DNA from: a virus
Taxonomy: Duplodnaviria > Caudoviricetes
Strand: one strand, 5' to 3'
Length of the DNA: 53,017 nucleotides
IMG/VR virus record: IMGVR_UViG_3300034195_000009
Location: 1-53,017 of that record
The translations under genes and the position numbers were made by a program. The notes beneath the pieces were generated by a model. It was not told the origin of the DNA, ran no database searches, and was given only the letters and a program-made list of their open reading frames with translations. Numbering within the stretch: the stretch's first letter is position 1; each line of letters opens with the position of its first letter. Positions 43,930 to 53,017 of this stretch are shown here, piece by piece.

Positions 43930-44316
43930 TCACGCAGCGATCGGGGTGTAGGACAGCGTGAAGGTGGTCAGCGTCAGCGTGTTGGTGCTCACCCATGCCT
44001 GGGCGACGGTCAGGGCGCCGGACTGTACGAAGGTTCCCGCGGTGCTGGCTGTGAAGATGGCGACGTGCGAGATGGACTCGGAGGCCCCGCCGTTCGTCCA
44101 TGCGGTCAGAGTATTGACCGTCATCGACCCGCCAGAAGGGGCATTCCAAGTGACGGCGTTCCTCGTGGTCGATCCAGCGCTGACCGAGGTGGTACCGGCG
44201 GCGCCTGGGTCGGCAATGTGCAGCTCAACGAAGGGCGTCGCGATGGCCGCATAGGCTGCGTTGCGAAGCACTCCGAGAATTGAGTTCGCCGTAGCTGCGG
44301 CGAGGCCGGTTGTCAT
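43930..44316 (-). CDS. Small virion structural/fibre-associated protein
   Basis: LHIADPGAAG...R.AVTW...ISHVAIF.A.TAGTF family pattern. Confidence 0.7.
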   Translation of the reverse strand: MTTGLAAATANSILGVLRNAAYAAIATPFVELHIADPGAAGTTSVSAGSTTRNAVTWNAPSGGSMTVNTLTAWTNGGASESISHVAIFTASTAGTFVQSGALTVAQAWVSTNTLTLTTFTLSYTPIAA

Positions 44317-44423
44317 GACTGGTCATCTCCTGTTTTCGGGTGGCACACAGGGCATTCCGGCACGCATGGCGCGTGATGGGTGACCACGGCCACCGCCTCG
44401 ATTTCAATCGTTCCTGTGATCAT
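44313..44423 (-). CDS. 36-aa Cys/His peptide (not in ORF track)
   Basis: MITGTIEIEAVAVVTHHAPCVPECPVCHP; coupled at both ends. Confidence 0.4.
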   Translation of the reverse strand: MITGTIEIEAVAVVTHHAPCVPECPVCHPKTGDDQS

Positions 44424-44914
44424 CAGGGCCTCCTGGCAATGCAGCGCGTGTCAGCCGGGCTCGGCTGGTAGTCCACTTCGATGTCGACGAAGCCGACCGC
44501 TTCGAGCACGGCCAGCAGGTCGTCGGGATTGACGTTCTCGTAGTGCTCCCAGTCCCGGATCGGAGCCTCATCGAGTGCGGAATGAGCGCCGCGGCCGGGT
44601 CCGGCCATGGTGGCGATGAAGCGTCCGGCAGGAAGCAACGCCTCGAAGGCCGTGGCCACGATGTCCGGCCAGCTCTTCGTGTGCTCGAAGGTCTCACAGC
44701 AGACGACGACGTCATAGCCGCGATCGGGCGTCCAGCTGGCCGCGTCGGCGACAACATCCACGCCGTCACCCGGAAGGATGTCCAGCGTCGTGTACACGTC
44801 GGCCATCGGGAAGAGCGACTTGACCGAACCGTTGATGTCCCGCCCGCCCAGATCGAGCACGGTCCGCGCCGCTACGGCGTGATCGGCAACCCATTGGTGA
44901 GCCTGGTCATGCAC
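44423..44914 (-). CDS. Class I SAM-dependent methyltransferase
   Basis: VLDLGGRDING, GVDVVADA, YDVVVCCETFEH, L.P.G. Confidence 0.85.
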   Translation of the reverse strand: MHDQAHQWVADHAVAARTVLDLGGRDINGSVKSLFPMADVYTTLDILPGDGVDVVADAASWTPDRGYDVVVCCETFEHTKSWPDIVATAFEALLPAGRFIATMAGPGRGAHSALDEAPIRDWEHYENVNPDDLLAVLEAVGFVDIEVDYQPSPADTRCIARRP

Positions 44915-46385
44915 GACGGCCTCCGTACTGCGCCAGCCTGGCGCGGAACGTTTCCTTGTCGGCCAGTGCCGTCGACTGGCCCAGCGTGTACACGTCGTCA
45001 GGCTCGCCCTTGCCGTAGGCCGGATGCAGGTGCTCGACCACTGAGCCGAAGGCCATCCCGAACGCCCCGCGCTGCTTGGCTGCGGCGATGATCTCGTCAT
45101 CGACGTACCAGTGCCCGTACCCCTCGTGCGCCAGAACCTTCGGGCCGTCCCAGCCCCCGCCGAACTCATCGACGTACGACCGGCGGATCAGGAAGTGCGT
45201 CGCGTGCTCGCCAGACATCACCCGAGGGTTCCCCAGATCGAGCGTGCCGACGACATCGCGCCCCTCGGTGGCGACCATCTGCGCATGATCCAGCCATCCG
45301 GGCTGGAAACGGACGTCATCGCCTACCAGGAAGAGGAACTCTTCGTCCGTCTCCTGGTAGGCCAGATTGACTTTCTCGGCGAAGGTTCCGTGCTCGCCAA
45401 TCTCACACGAGTTGATCAGGACGTCGGCGCCAGCCTCGCGCCAGGCCCGCTCCGTCTCGGGATCGCTCGCATCGACAACGGCGTAGACCGTAGCAAGCCC
45501 CGTGCTGGCCCTCAGGCTGGCCATGAAGGGCGCGGCGTTCTGCGGTCGGCGCATTACTGGCACGACGATCGCCGTGGGCTCCAGGGCGGGCGGAGCGACC
45601 GCGCTGGACCAGTAGTCCGGCTCCGAAACCCAGATCGACTTGTGATGTGAGGTACGTACACCGGTATGCACGAAGACGGGGAAGCCAGCGGCCCCGGCGC
45701 GCATGCAGAAGCTGAGATCCTCGCCGAAGAGCTTGCCAGGCGTTGCCGGATTCGGGATCCGGGAATACCACTCATCGCCGACATTCTCGCGGATCCGCTC
45801 GAAGACGCTGCGATGAATCAGAATGCACGCCGATCCCGTGCCGGAGCATTGAACCAGCGTGTTGACCGGGTAGGCCTGGCGTGCCAGGAATCCGGATTCG
45901 CCGTCGACCTTCGCCCAGTCGAGGATGACCGGGCGCGGTGCGCAGCGGAAGCCGCCCATACCGTCGCCGCCGACTTCCTTCCAGGAGAAGCACAGGCCGC
46001 CGACGATCGGGCGGGTGATCGAGTCGGCGACAGCTACCAGACGGTCGATCGTGTCCGGCGAGAAGCCCATGTCGGAATCGACCCACCAGAGCCATTCGGC
46101 GTCGCGGTCGTCGAGGAACTCGCGGACAGCTGTGTTCCGCGCCGCGGGGAGATTGTCGTCACCCTCGCACCGGACGGCGATCCATCCGCCGCGGATGACG
46201 CGCTCCTGCGAGCCGAGATCGTGAGCGATGAGCTCGGTCAGCGATGCGTGCCAGCTGTGAGAGACGCGGTCCGCGTTGTCGCCGTGGATGTAGGCGACCG
46301 CGACGGCGCCGCCCATGTTGCGGGCGGCCTTCGCCGTCTCCGCGGCTTTGCGGGCGGCTTTGCGGATCTCGGGGAGCGTGCTCAC
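44907..46385 (-). CDS. Glycosyltransferase with two GT-A (GT2-like) domains
   Basis: Domain 1: ARN, WVDSDM, GEDLSFC; domain 2: IVVP, LVGDD, HWYVDDE, VEHLH. Confidence 0.85.
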   Translation of the reverse strand: MSTLPEIRKAARKAAETAKAARNMGGAVAVAYIHGDNADRVSHSWHASLTELIAHDLGSQERVIRGGWIAVRCEGDDNLPAARNTAVREFLDDRDAEWLWWVDSDMGFSPDTIDRLVAVADSITRPIVGGLCFSWKEVGGDGMGGFRCAPRPVILDWAKVDGESGFLARQAYPVNTLVQCSGTGSACILIHRSVFERIRENVGDEWYSRIPNPATPGKLFGEDLSFCMRAGAAGFPVFVHTGVRTSHHKSIWVSEPDYWSSAVAPPALEPTAIVVPVMRRPQNAAPFMASLRASTGLATVYAVVDASDPETERAWREAGADVLINSCEIGEHGTFAEKVNLAYQETDEEFLFLVGDDVRFQPGWLDHAQMVATEGRDVVGTLDLGNPRVMSGEHATHFLIRRSYVDEFGGGWDGPKVLAHEGYGHWYVDDEIIAAAKQRGAFGMAFGSVVEHLHPAYGKGEPDDVYTLGQSTALADKETFRARLAQYGGRRA

Positions 46386-46858
46386 TTCTCAGTCCGGCCC
46401 TTCGTGATTGTGCGCTTCTCGCCAGGTGCGGCCGTGGCCTCTTCGACCGGCGGGGCGATGTGCGCCTCTTCCCAGGGCAAGCGTGAGCCGGGTCCAGCGG
46501 GGCCAGAGGTGCGCAGGTCGAGCGGGACCGGCGAGAACCAGTCGAGGTGAGACTTCACGACGCCGTCTTCGGCGTCCCAGGCTTCGCCGCGCGTCACTTG
46601 CACGGTTGGGGTAACCCACGTGCTGAAGGTGGCCCACACCACGCGATCGCCTTGCGGGGGAGCCCAGGGCAGGCCGGAACCGATCTCGCCGACGGCTGAC
46701 GTCCGCACGTCGACGGGGGTCGGGCTGAAGTAGTCGGGGTGATCCTTGACGATCCGATCGTTTCCATCCCATGCCTCGCCGCGGGTCAACATCACCTCTG
46801 AAGTGATCCACACCTGCCCAGCGAGTGCATAGACCGGCTTGCCTGCTTTGCGCGCCAT
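46382..46858 (-). CDS. Capsid-adjacent small protein with internal duplication
   Basis: Two TRGEAWD..D..VK.H.D.FSP.P.D.RTS units; VEEATAAPGEKR end; AGGAGG RBS. Confidence 0.7.
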   Translation of the reverse strand: MARKAGKPVYALAGQVWITSEVMLTRGEAWDGNDRIVKDHPDYFSPTPVDVRTSAVGEIGSGLPWAPPQGDRVVWATFSTWVTPTVQVTRGEAWDAEDGVVKSHLDWFSPVPLDLRTSGPAGPGSRLPWEEAHIAPPVEEATAAPGEKRTITKGRTEK

Positions 46859-46874
46859 GGGTTCCTCCTGTGAA

Positions 46875-46904
46875 GTGCCGGGCGGACTTCCCTCCGCCCG
46901 GCAC
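46875..46904 (-). terminator. Hairpin after the major capsid gene
   Basis: 12-bp stem GTGCCGGGCGGA/TCCGCCCGGCAC. Confidence 0.6.
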
Positions 46905-46910
46905 CATCGG

Positions 46911-48356
46911 TCACGTGTTGTTCTGGATCCTGAAAGCAGCGTCGTTGACGCTGTTCCCACCGATGCGCGCGTAAGCGAACCATCCGCGCGAGCCGGTCGG
47001 CCGGTTGTTGGTCACGTCGAAGAGCTGGGGGACCAGCTCGACGTTCATGCCCTGGCGCCGAGCGATCACGTAGTTACTGAAGTCGCCGACGACCAGGCGG
47101 GACTCAGCGCCCGTGGTTCCGGTGAAGTCAGCGAAGTACGGGTTTTCGAGAACGGGCCGGTTGAAGAGAACTTCAGCCGCCCCGGCGGGCAGCGGAACGG
47201 TTGCAGCGTGGTAGACGTTGCTCGCGCCGAACTGCCTGATCGCGTTGTTGACGCCGACGCTCATCATCCACGAGGCGCGACGGCGGTACTTCTGCGGCAG
47301 CGCCTTCCAGGTCGAGTACACGTCCTGGTAGCCGAACGAACCATCGGTCAGCGAAATGACCTGCTGGTTGGTGGTGGCGTTCAGCGCGGTGACGATCCCG
47401 CGGGGTTCCGTGGTGCCGTTGCCGGTGCTGAACTTGCTCAGCAGCAGCTCGTCATATCCGATACCGAGCAGGCGGCCCATTTCGGCCTGGAAGTCGGGCC
47501 AGTCCTGGCCGATCTCGATGCTGTAGGGGATGAAACCCCTCGCCATGAAAACGGTCACCGTCGGCTGGGCGATGGTCAGCGAGTTGTCGGTGACCGCGGT
47601 GCCTTCTGAGCCGAAGGCCCAGGTGACACCGGCCGCGCTGATTCCCTTCCAGGCGTTCGTGTTGACGTCGACCGTCCGGGCGTAGGCCAGGAACGGGTTC
47701 TCCGTCTCCTGGTCGGTCAGGATCACCGAAGGATCGATGAAAACCGGAATGGCGAAACCACCAGTGGTGGTGGTGCCCTCCGCGGCGGCCCGGTATTCCT
47801 CGTAGCGCAGCATCGCGACGCGCTCTTCATCGTCCAGGACGACATTCCCGCGGGTCATGTACTTGAAGAACGCCGACCGGTAGGCGTCGTTCTCCGTGAC
47901 GATGATCCGGCGGGCCAGCTCGGTCCGGCCTGCCTTGCGCACCTCGTGATCGAGGTAGTCGAGCTGATGGGTCGTCAGTCCGGCCGTGCTCTCACGGTCC
48001 TCCAGGACCGTCAAGGCGCCGTCTCTGGCTTCACGCCACGGCAGCGAGCGGACGTCCCGCCCGAAATACTGCTCGGCGACCTTCGGCGAATCCGGCAGCC
48101 CAGCGATGCGCCGATGAGCCGTGTTCCGAATCTGCTCGATGGCCTGCGCCCGCGCGGCAAGCTTCTGGTGCTCCGGCAGGAGAATCTCCCGCTCGGCGAC
48201 CAGGGAATCCCAACGGGTTTCCTCGTCCTCGGTGAGCGCGGCGCGCTCGCCCTTGTCGTTGAGCTCCAGGAGGCTCGCGTCGATCTCCTGGAGGCGATCC
48301 CGAAGCTGAACGAAACGGCTCAGCCGTGGATCAATGACTTCCTTCGGTGCTGGCAT
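46911..48356 (-). CDS. HK97-fold major capsid protein with N-terminal delta domain
   Basis: N-terminal coiled coil; GGFAIP; G.GT.EPRGI; VVGDFSNY; RIGG. Confidence 0.92.
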   Translation of the reverse strand: MPAPKEVIDPRLSRFVQLRDRLQEIDASLLELNDKGERAALTEDEETRWDSLVAEREILLPEHQKLAARAQAIEQIRNTAHRRIAGLPDSPKVAEQYFGRDVRSLPWREARDGALTVLEDRESTAGLTTHQLDYLDHEVRKAGRTELARRIIVTENDAYRSAFFKYMTRGNVVLDDEERVAMLRYEEYRAAAEGTTTTGGFAIPVFIDPSVILTDQETENPFLAYARTVDVNTNAWKGISAAGVTWAFGSEGTAVTDNSLTIAQPTVTVFMARGFIPYSIEIGQDWPDFQAEMGRLLGIGYDELLLSKFSTGNGTTEPRGIVTALNATTNQQVISLTDGSFGYQDVYSTWKALPQKYRRRASWMMSVGVNNAIRQFGASNVYHAATVPLPAGAAEVLFNRPVLENPYFADFTGTTGAESRLVVGDFSNYVIARRQGMNVELVPQLFDVTNNRPTGSRGWFAYARIGGNSVNDAAFRIQNNT

Positions 48357-49479
48357 TGTGACCGCCTAGCCCTCCCACGCACTCGCGCGTGATGTAGGCC
48401 CTCCGCATGAAAGCGGCTCTGGCCTGGACTGGATCGACGGGTGCCACGACGGGCGGCGCGTCCTGAGTGTTCGCCGGGTGCGCATCGCGCGGCGCGGCAT
48501 TGTTGGCAGGCATGCCCGCCATGGGTGAATCTTCGGGGTCCGGATTGACGACTCCGAGCATTTCCGAAATCAGCATAGCCGCGCTGTCGAGTGCGTCATC
48601 GGCCGCGCAGAGCGCATCGCACAGCGGGTCCAGTTGGGCGTCGGCTGCGGACACTTGAGCCAGCAGCGAGGCGAGCGCGGCCTGGTCGGCCACGGTGACA
48701 GCGCGAGCCTCGAAGTGACTGCGCACTCGCTGCAGCTGGCGCGTCTCGTGGTCCGGCAGGTCGAAGAGGAGCGCGCGGGCGACATCGCTCGCCATCGCCG
48801 GGTCTTCGACGATCGCCGCACCATCCGGACTGTCGGTGGCCAGCAGGGCGCGCACCTGATGGACCATGGCGGGGGCCGATCGGATCTCGTGGGCGACCTG
48901 GCGCGCCCTCACCGAGACGTCGGTTCCCTCGTAGGCCGGGAAGACGACCGGTCCGCATTCGGGCATCTTCAGCTCGATTAGCTCGCGGGTAAGCGGTCCG
49001 CGGGTGCCGGGCTTCCAGAGCAGTTGATCGACCTCGACCGGCGAGAGTTCCTTGCCAGCCTTGTCTTTCCACAGGTCGCGGACGACTTCGAAACGGAAAC
49101 TCATCCCGTTGATGGTCCCGTTCGCGATGGCGTCCCGCACCGGCTGCATCAACCAGTTGTCAAGCATCCGGGCCTCGACGGCGAGCCCCTTGTCATCCTC
49201 GCGCGGGAAGCCCGACGTGAAGGCGCCGATCGGGATGGACCCGACCAGCGGATGGCGACCGTGGTCGAACTGCATGACCGGCTGGCGCTCCTTGAGCGTC
49301 TTGGCGAAAGCCCCGGCCCGGATCGATTCGAAGAAAGACCCTTCCCAGGAATCGATCTCGGTCTTCTGCCCGAAGACGGCAGCATGCCCGCTGAGCGTCA
49401 GTCCATCACCGCCCGCCGCGGCCTGAGCGCTGACCTCGAAGGGGAGTGTCCGCTCGATCATCTTGCTTCTGATTGGCAC
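48331..49479 (-). CDS. HK97-family prohead protease with C-terminal extension
   Basis: GHAAVF, GAF.KTL, FDHG, GMSFRF, V.FPAY. Confidence 0.9.
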   Translation of the reverse strand: MPIRSKMIERTLPFEVSAQAAAGGDGLTLSGHAAVFGQKTEIDSWEGSFFESIRAGAFAKTLKERQPVMQFDHGRHPLVGSIPIGAFTSGFPREDDKGLAVEARMLDNWLMQPVRDAIANGTINGMSFRFEVVRDLWKDKAGKELSPVEVDQLLWKPGTRGPLTRELIELKMPECGPVVFPAYEGTDVSVRARQVAHEIRSAPAMVHQVRALLATDSPDGAAIVEDPAMASDVARALLFDLPDHETRQLQRVRSHFEARAVTVADQAALASLLAQVSAADAQLDPLCDALCAADDALDSAAMLISEMLGVVNPDPEDSPMAGMPANNAAPRDAHPANTQDAPPVVAPVDPVQARAAFMRRAYITRECVGGLGGHNASTEGSH

Positions 49480-49489
49480 GTGAATCCTC

Positions 49490-50818
49490 CTAAGCGACCG
49501 CGACGGCGACCGGTGAGATCTCCGAGCCGGGCGGCCGGAGCTGGACGGGTACGAGACCGGTGTGAACCAGGCCGGAGAAGTCGCCGGACGTCACGCACGC
49601 AATGACCGAATCGGGGGTGTATCCGCCATCCGTCAGGGTCCGGATCACGGTCGCCTGCTGAGTCAGGACGGCAGCGCGTGCCGCTTCGTCCGCTGCGAGG
49701 AAGGGGATGTCGCGCTTGTCGTACCAGAGCCGGGCCTCCTGGCCACTTCCCCACTGGTGGAATCGACTCGCCGGGGGGGCAATCAGGGACTCGAAGGCCC
49801 CACAGAAGGCGCTCCAGTTCGGGCAGAGCGTCGCGTCGACGAAGTTCTGTTTCGCGGCGACGAAGTTCCCCTGATTCAAGGAGGAACCGGCGAGGCCTTC
49901 GGAAAGGCCCAGCAGAACGGGGGAGACCCCGGCGCACGATGCGATCCGGGTCTCACCGGCGCCCTGCGTCGCCTTCAGCGCGAGCTCTTCGAAAGTCTGA
50001 GTCACGGTCTTGATGTCCGAGCCACCCTGCAGGAAGAGGGTCTCACCCGCCGTCGCCGGACCGCGGTGCAATTCCTTGAACCGGCGCACAAAGCCATCAA
50101 ACTCAGTCGGATCGAGGTTCGGATCGAGGCTGACGACGTGCGTCAGATTGGCGCCATTCTCGATCTGCGCTTTCTTGTGATGGGTCAACATGTTGTCGGC
50201 CGCCACATCATCGAGGCATTGGCCGATCCAAGACTGGCCGATCCATGGATTCGAAGACGAAGGAATCGGCTTGTAATGCGCAATGTCCTCTGGCGGGAAG
50301 ATCGTCACCTTATGGTCTACAGTCACCGCGTATCCCAGAAGGCTCTCGCCGACCCTGTTTCCGGTAATCGGATCCAGGACTCCCCGGGTGATCACCTTGA
50401 CGGTACTCGGTTCAAGCCTGGCGAAGTATTCGCCGTCTCTGATCCAATAAGAATTGCCTCTCCAGGCGATGTCCATCTCAGCAACGGCGAGCAGGTCGCG
50501 TATCGACGCACCGGGCCATGGCCTATCGAAAACAGAAAGCTCCTGAGTCCCGAAAAGATCGTTCGACGCGGCCCGACCGTTACGCAACCTCTGCCATTGC
50601 AGACGGGCCTCGCTGAAGACAGCCGTTCGCATTCTCTGGCACGTGTACACGATGGAGTTCGCCCCGGTCGATGCGCCGGACATGTTGAACGATTGATACT
50701 GGCGGCCCTGATAGTTGACCTGGCCACCCGGCGCCCACATCTTCGCCCAGTCGTAGACCGAGACGGGAACCGTCTCATTGGCTCCCCCGCTGCGGATGTC
50801 ACGCCAGAGGCTTCTCAT
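49490..50818 (-). CDS. Portal protein (HK97-like)
   Basis: RGNSY, IAHY, G.T.FL.GG.D, IASCAGV.P.LLG; position. Confidence 0.9.
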   Translation of the reverse strand: MRSLWRDIRSGGANETVPVSVYDWAKMWAPGGQVNYQGRQYQSFNMSGASTGANSIVYTCQRMRTAVFSEARLQWQRLRNGRAASNDLFGTQELSVFDRPWPGASIRDLLAVAEMDIAWRGNSYWIRDGEYFARLEPSTVKVITRGVLDPITGNRVGESLLGYAVTVDHKVTIFPPEDIAHYKPIPSSSNPWIGQSWIGQCLDDVAADNMLTHHKKAQIENGANLTHVVSLDPNLDPTEFDGFVRRFKELHRGPATAGETLFLQGGSDIKTVTQTFEELALKATQGAGETRIASCAGVSPVLLGLSEGLAGSSLNQGNFVAAKQNFVDATLCPNWSAFCGAFESLIAPPASRFHQWGSGQEARLWYDKRDIPFLAADEAARAAVLTQQATVIRTLTDGGYTPDSVIACVTSGDFSGLVHTGLVPVQLRPPGSEISPVAVAVA

Positions 50819-50975
50819 GAATCCGTTCCTCCACATCGACGGCGAAGATCCCGAGGGCTACCACGCCGATACCGGCGACGATCAGCGACGGACCAAGCCC
50901 GAACCAGACGAAAGTCCCGGTAGCGATAAGAACCAGCCCGAGAGCCACAACAACCCAGGCGGCTATTCGTCGCAT
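50799..50975 (-). CDS. Small 2-TM protein between terminase and portal (not in ORF track)
   Basis: MRRIAAWVVVALGLVLIATG...; GAGGAGG RBS. Confidence 0.7.
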   Translation of the reverse strand: MRRIAAWVVVALGLVLIATGTFVWFGLGPSLIVAGIGVVALGIFAVDVEERIHEKPLA

Positions 50976-50987
50976 CGTCTCTCCTCC

Positions 50988-52508
50988 TCAGGCCCAGGCC
51001 GCAAGCGGCACCTTGACAGCAGGTGCTGCAATCGACAGACCCCATCGTGCCACGGTCAGCACCTCAAGGGGGCAGATGTCGACTCCGCCGGACTGAGCGG
51101 CCTTCCGGCCGAAGGCCCAGCCGGAATCCCCCACGTCCCGCCGGGTGGCCCCCTCGACCGCTTTCTGGACTTCCGCCTGGCCAATATGGCGCAGCATCGT
51201 CCGGCCCGTCTCCAGATCGTCCTGCAGCGCCGCGCAGGCCTGCACATAGTCCCGAGTCGTCATCAGGTACGGGTCGATTCCGGCCGCTTTCAGGTCGGGC
51301 AGCAGCGAGCCGGTCGGGCTCCCTGGGTCGATGACGACACCGCGTTTACGAATCTTGCCATCCATGATCCAGATAAGTTTGTTCCGCTTGACCAGCGCGG
51401 CAACCTCGGCGACCACCCAATGAGTGCCGCTGCCATAGCGGATCACCTCGAGGTGGCGGATCCCGTCGACTCTCGGTCCGGCGATCCCAATGGCCGCCGT
51501 CTTCCGATCGATGGAGACGCTGATGGCTAGGCAGATCGAGCCGTGTACACGGCTCGACTCATCGGCGCACGCCGACCACATGACCCCCGTGATCGGCGCC
51601 GGGCGGACCTTCAGCACCTCGTCTTCCCAGCCCATGCGCTCACGCATGAAGATCTTCGGCGTCATCATCGAGCGTTCGTCGTCGATCCGCTGCGCCGGGA
51701 TCCGGCCGGACCCGAGTGCCGGATTCGCCTGGGCGCGCTTCACCGGGTCGTCGAGGGCGCACCCCGGCGTCTCCTCTGCGTGCGTGCAGTCCTTGCCTTC
51801 GCAACCAGGATTGCTCTGCGATCCCGGCGCGCGCCATTCGACGTAGGCGATCCCCCGACCGGCCCGGCCACGCTTGACGACCTTCGCCAGCACCACGGAA
51901 TCCGAGCGGCCATGACTGGACCCGTACAGCAGCCGGGCGTAGCGCTTCGTTGCCATCGTCGGGACCAGCGCGCCCATGTGCTCCTCCTGCAGCGCGTAGG
52001 CCTCATCGAGCACGATCAGGTCGACACCCATCGAGCGCATGGCCCCCGCCGAGCGCGCCTTGAATTTCAGGCGATGGCCGTTTTCGAACCAGATTGCCTC
52101 GTTTCCCGACCCCTCATAGATCTTAGAAATACGCTTGGCGATATTAGGCCGCTGACATATCTGCTTAAAGAATAGAAACGCCTCTGTGATCGCGTCCCAT
52201 TCATGGGCCGACCAGATGGCGAAGTCAATGCGACTCCCGGGGTCGAGCATCGCATCGAGAACAATGAATACCAGAATGAAGGTCTTCAGGTTCTGCCGGG
52301 CGACGATCACCGCGCCCTGCAGCACGGACGGCGTGCCGTCCTCATTGAAGGACGTCAGCACATCGACGGCCAGACGCTCTTCGGCGTCCATCTCGAAGCC
52401 ACAACTCCTGGCCAGCCGGGCGACTTGCTCGACACGGGAGCCGACTCGCTCCGGAATGTGCAGGTAGGCCGGTGCGATCGCCTCCCGCTCGGCAAGGCCT
52501 GCCGTCAT
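50988..52508 (-). CDS. terL: Terminase large subunit
   Basis: VARQNLKT Walker A variant; LIVLDEA; ANPALG; RER.G.E; C-terminal nuclease DI.PL. Confidence 0.9.
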   Translation of the reverse strand: MTAGLAEREAIAPAYLHIPERVGSRVEQVARLARSCGFEMDAEERLAVDVLTSFNEDGTPSVLQGAVIVARQNLKTFILVFIVLDAMLDPGSRIDFAIWSAHEWDAITEAFLFFKQICQRPNIAKRISKIYEGSGNEAIWFENGHRLKFKARSAGAMRSMGVDLIVLDEAYALQEEHMGALVPTMATKRYARLLYGSSHGRSDSVVLAKVVKRGRAGRGIAYVEWRAPGSQSNPGCEGKDCTHAEETPGCALDDPVKRAQANPALGSGRIPAQRIDDERSMMTPKIFMRERMGWEDEVLKVRPAPITGVMWSACADESSRVHGSICLAISVSIDRKTAAIGIAGPRVDGIRHLEVIRYGSGTHWVVAEVAALVKRNKLIWIMDGKIRKRGVVIDPGSPTGSLLPDLKAAGIDPYLMTTRDYVQACAALQDDLETGRTMLRHIGQAEVQKAVEGATRRDVGDSGWAFGRKAAQSGGVDICPLEVLTVARWGLSIAAPAVKVPLAAWA

Positions 52509-52921
52509 CCGTACATCTCGTCCAGCGGATCGTCGCCGTCGGCGTGGCCGACCAGCGCGGCGGCGAGCGTCTCCCGAAGACTCTTCGCCAGCGCCGCGGC
52601 GCCGGGCCGACTCAGGCCGCCCATGTCGACCACCTTGGCTATCTGCTCGGCCAGGATGCCGTCAACGCTCCCAGAGACCCCGGCGTGCTCCAATTGGGCC
52701 CGGACGGCGAGCACCATCGCCCCCGGACCGGTCGGCACAGTCGGGATCGGGACATCCTCGCCACCGTTGACCGGCGTGGCCCACTGAGTCGGCAAGTCGA
52801 CGACCGCGGCCAGCGGCTTGCGGCGCGGCTTGAAGGGCGAGCACACGCTGCAGCGCTTCCGAGGGTGCCCGCCCAGCTTGCCGATGGGCTCGATCTCCCG
52901 CCCACACTCACACTTTCCCAT
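52505..52921 (-). CDS. Putative terminase small subunit
   Basis: N-terminal CEC..CSVC; helical body; DPLDEM end; immediately upstream of terL. Confidence 0.7.
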   Translation of the reverse strand: MGKCECGREIEPIGKLGGHPRKRCSVCSPFKPRRKPLAAVVDLPTQWATPVNGGEDVPIPTVPTGPGAMVLAVRAQLEHAGVSGSVDGILAEQIAKVVDMGGLSRPGAAALAKSLRETLAAALVGHADGDDPLDEMYG

Positions 52922-53017
52922 GTCATCCAAGTTACCCCTGCCTCGCAACCCAGGACGCGCAACGGGTGCAACAAGGGTTGCGAGGCCCACATGATCGGAC
53001 AGAAATTGGATTCAGTA

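Noticed and set aside
49562-50923. Long plus-strand ORFs opposite portal, tape measure, SSB and traB
   Set aside because: Typical high-GC antisense open frames with no motifs, overlapping well-supported genes

Overview
This window looks like an essentially complete ~53-kb, high-GC siphovirus genome from a filamentous actinomycete. It is shown in reverse orientation and appears to be opened between the HNH gene (left end) and the small terminase (right end). From the right end on the minus strand: terminases, portal, HK97-type protease and major capsid; a ~6.7-kb insert (glycosyltransferase, methyltransferase, repeat/fibre-like proteins); head-tail joining, major tail, frameshifted chaperones, tape measure and minor tail genes; then a Streptomyces-plasmid-like transfer module (TraB/FtsK-type ATPase, TraA-like and SpdA/DUF2637-like proteins) marked by its own repeated DNA motif. 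A plus-strand early operon (18.8-24.6 kb, including SprT-like and BldC genes) diverges from a switch region with operator-like palindromes and structured leader RNA. Leftward follow resolvase, Cas4-like exonuclease, SSB, a lysis cassette, a WhiD/WhiB3-like-HTH fusion, PAPS-reductase-family and SLOG genes, a prim-pol/helicase followed by an iteron cluster, and HNH. I found no integrase, ParA/ParB, tRNA, CRISPR array or reverse transcriptase. The most striking hypothesis is a phage-plasmid hybrid that spreads through mycelium by TraB conjugation and carries host sporulation regulators. All protein calls are by-eye motif recognition, not database searches.
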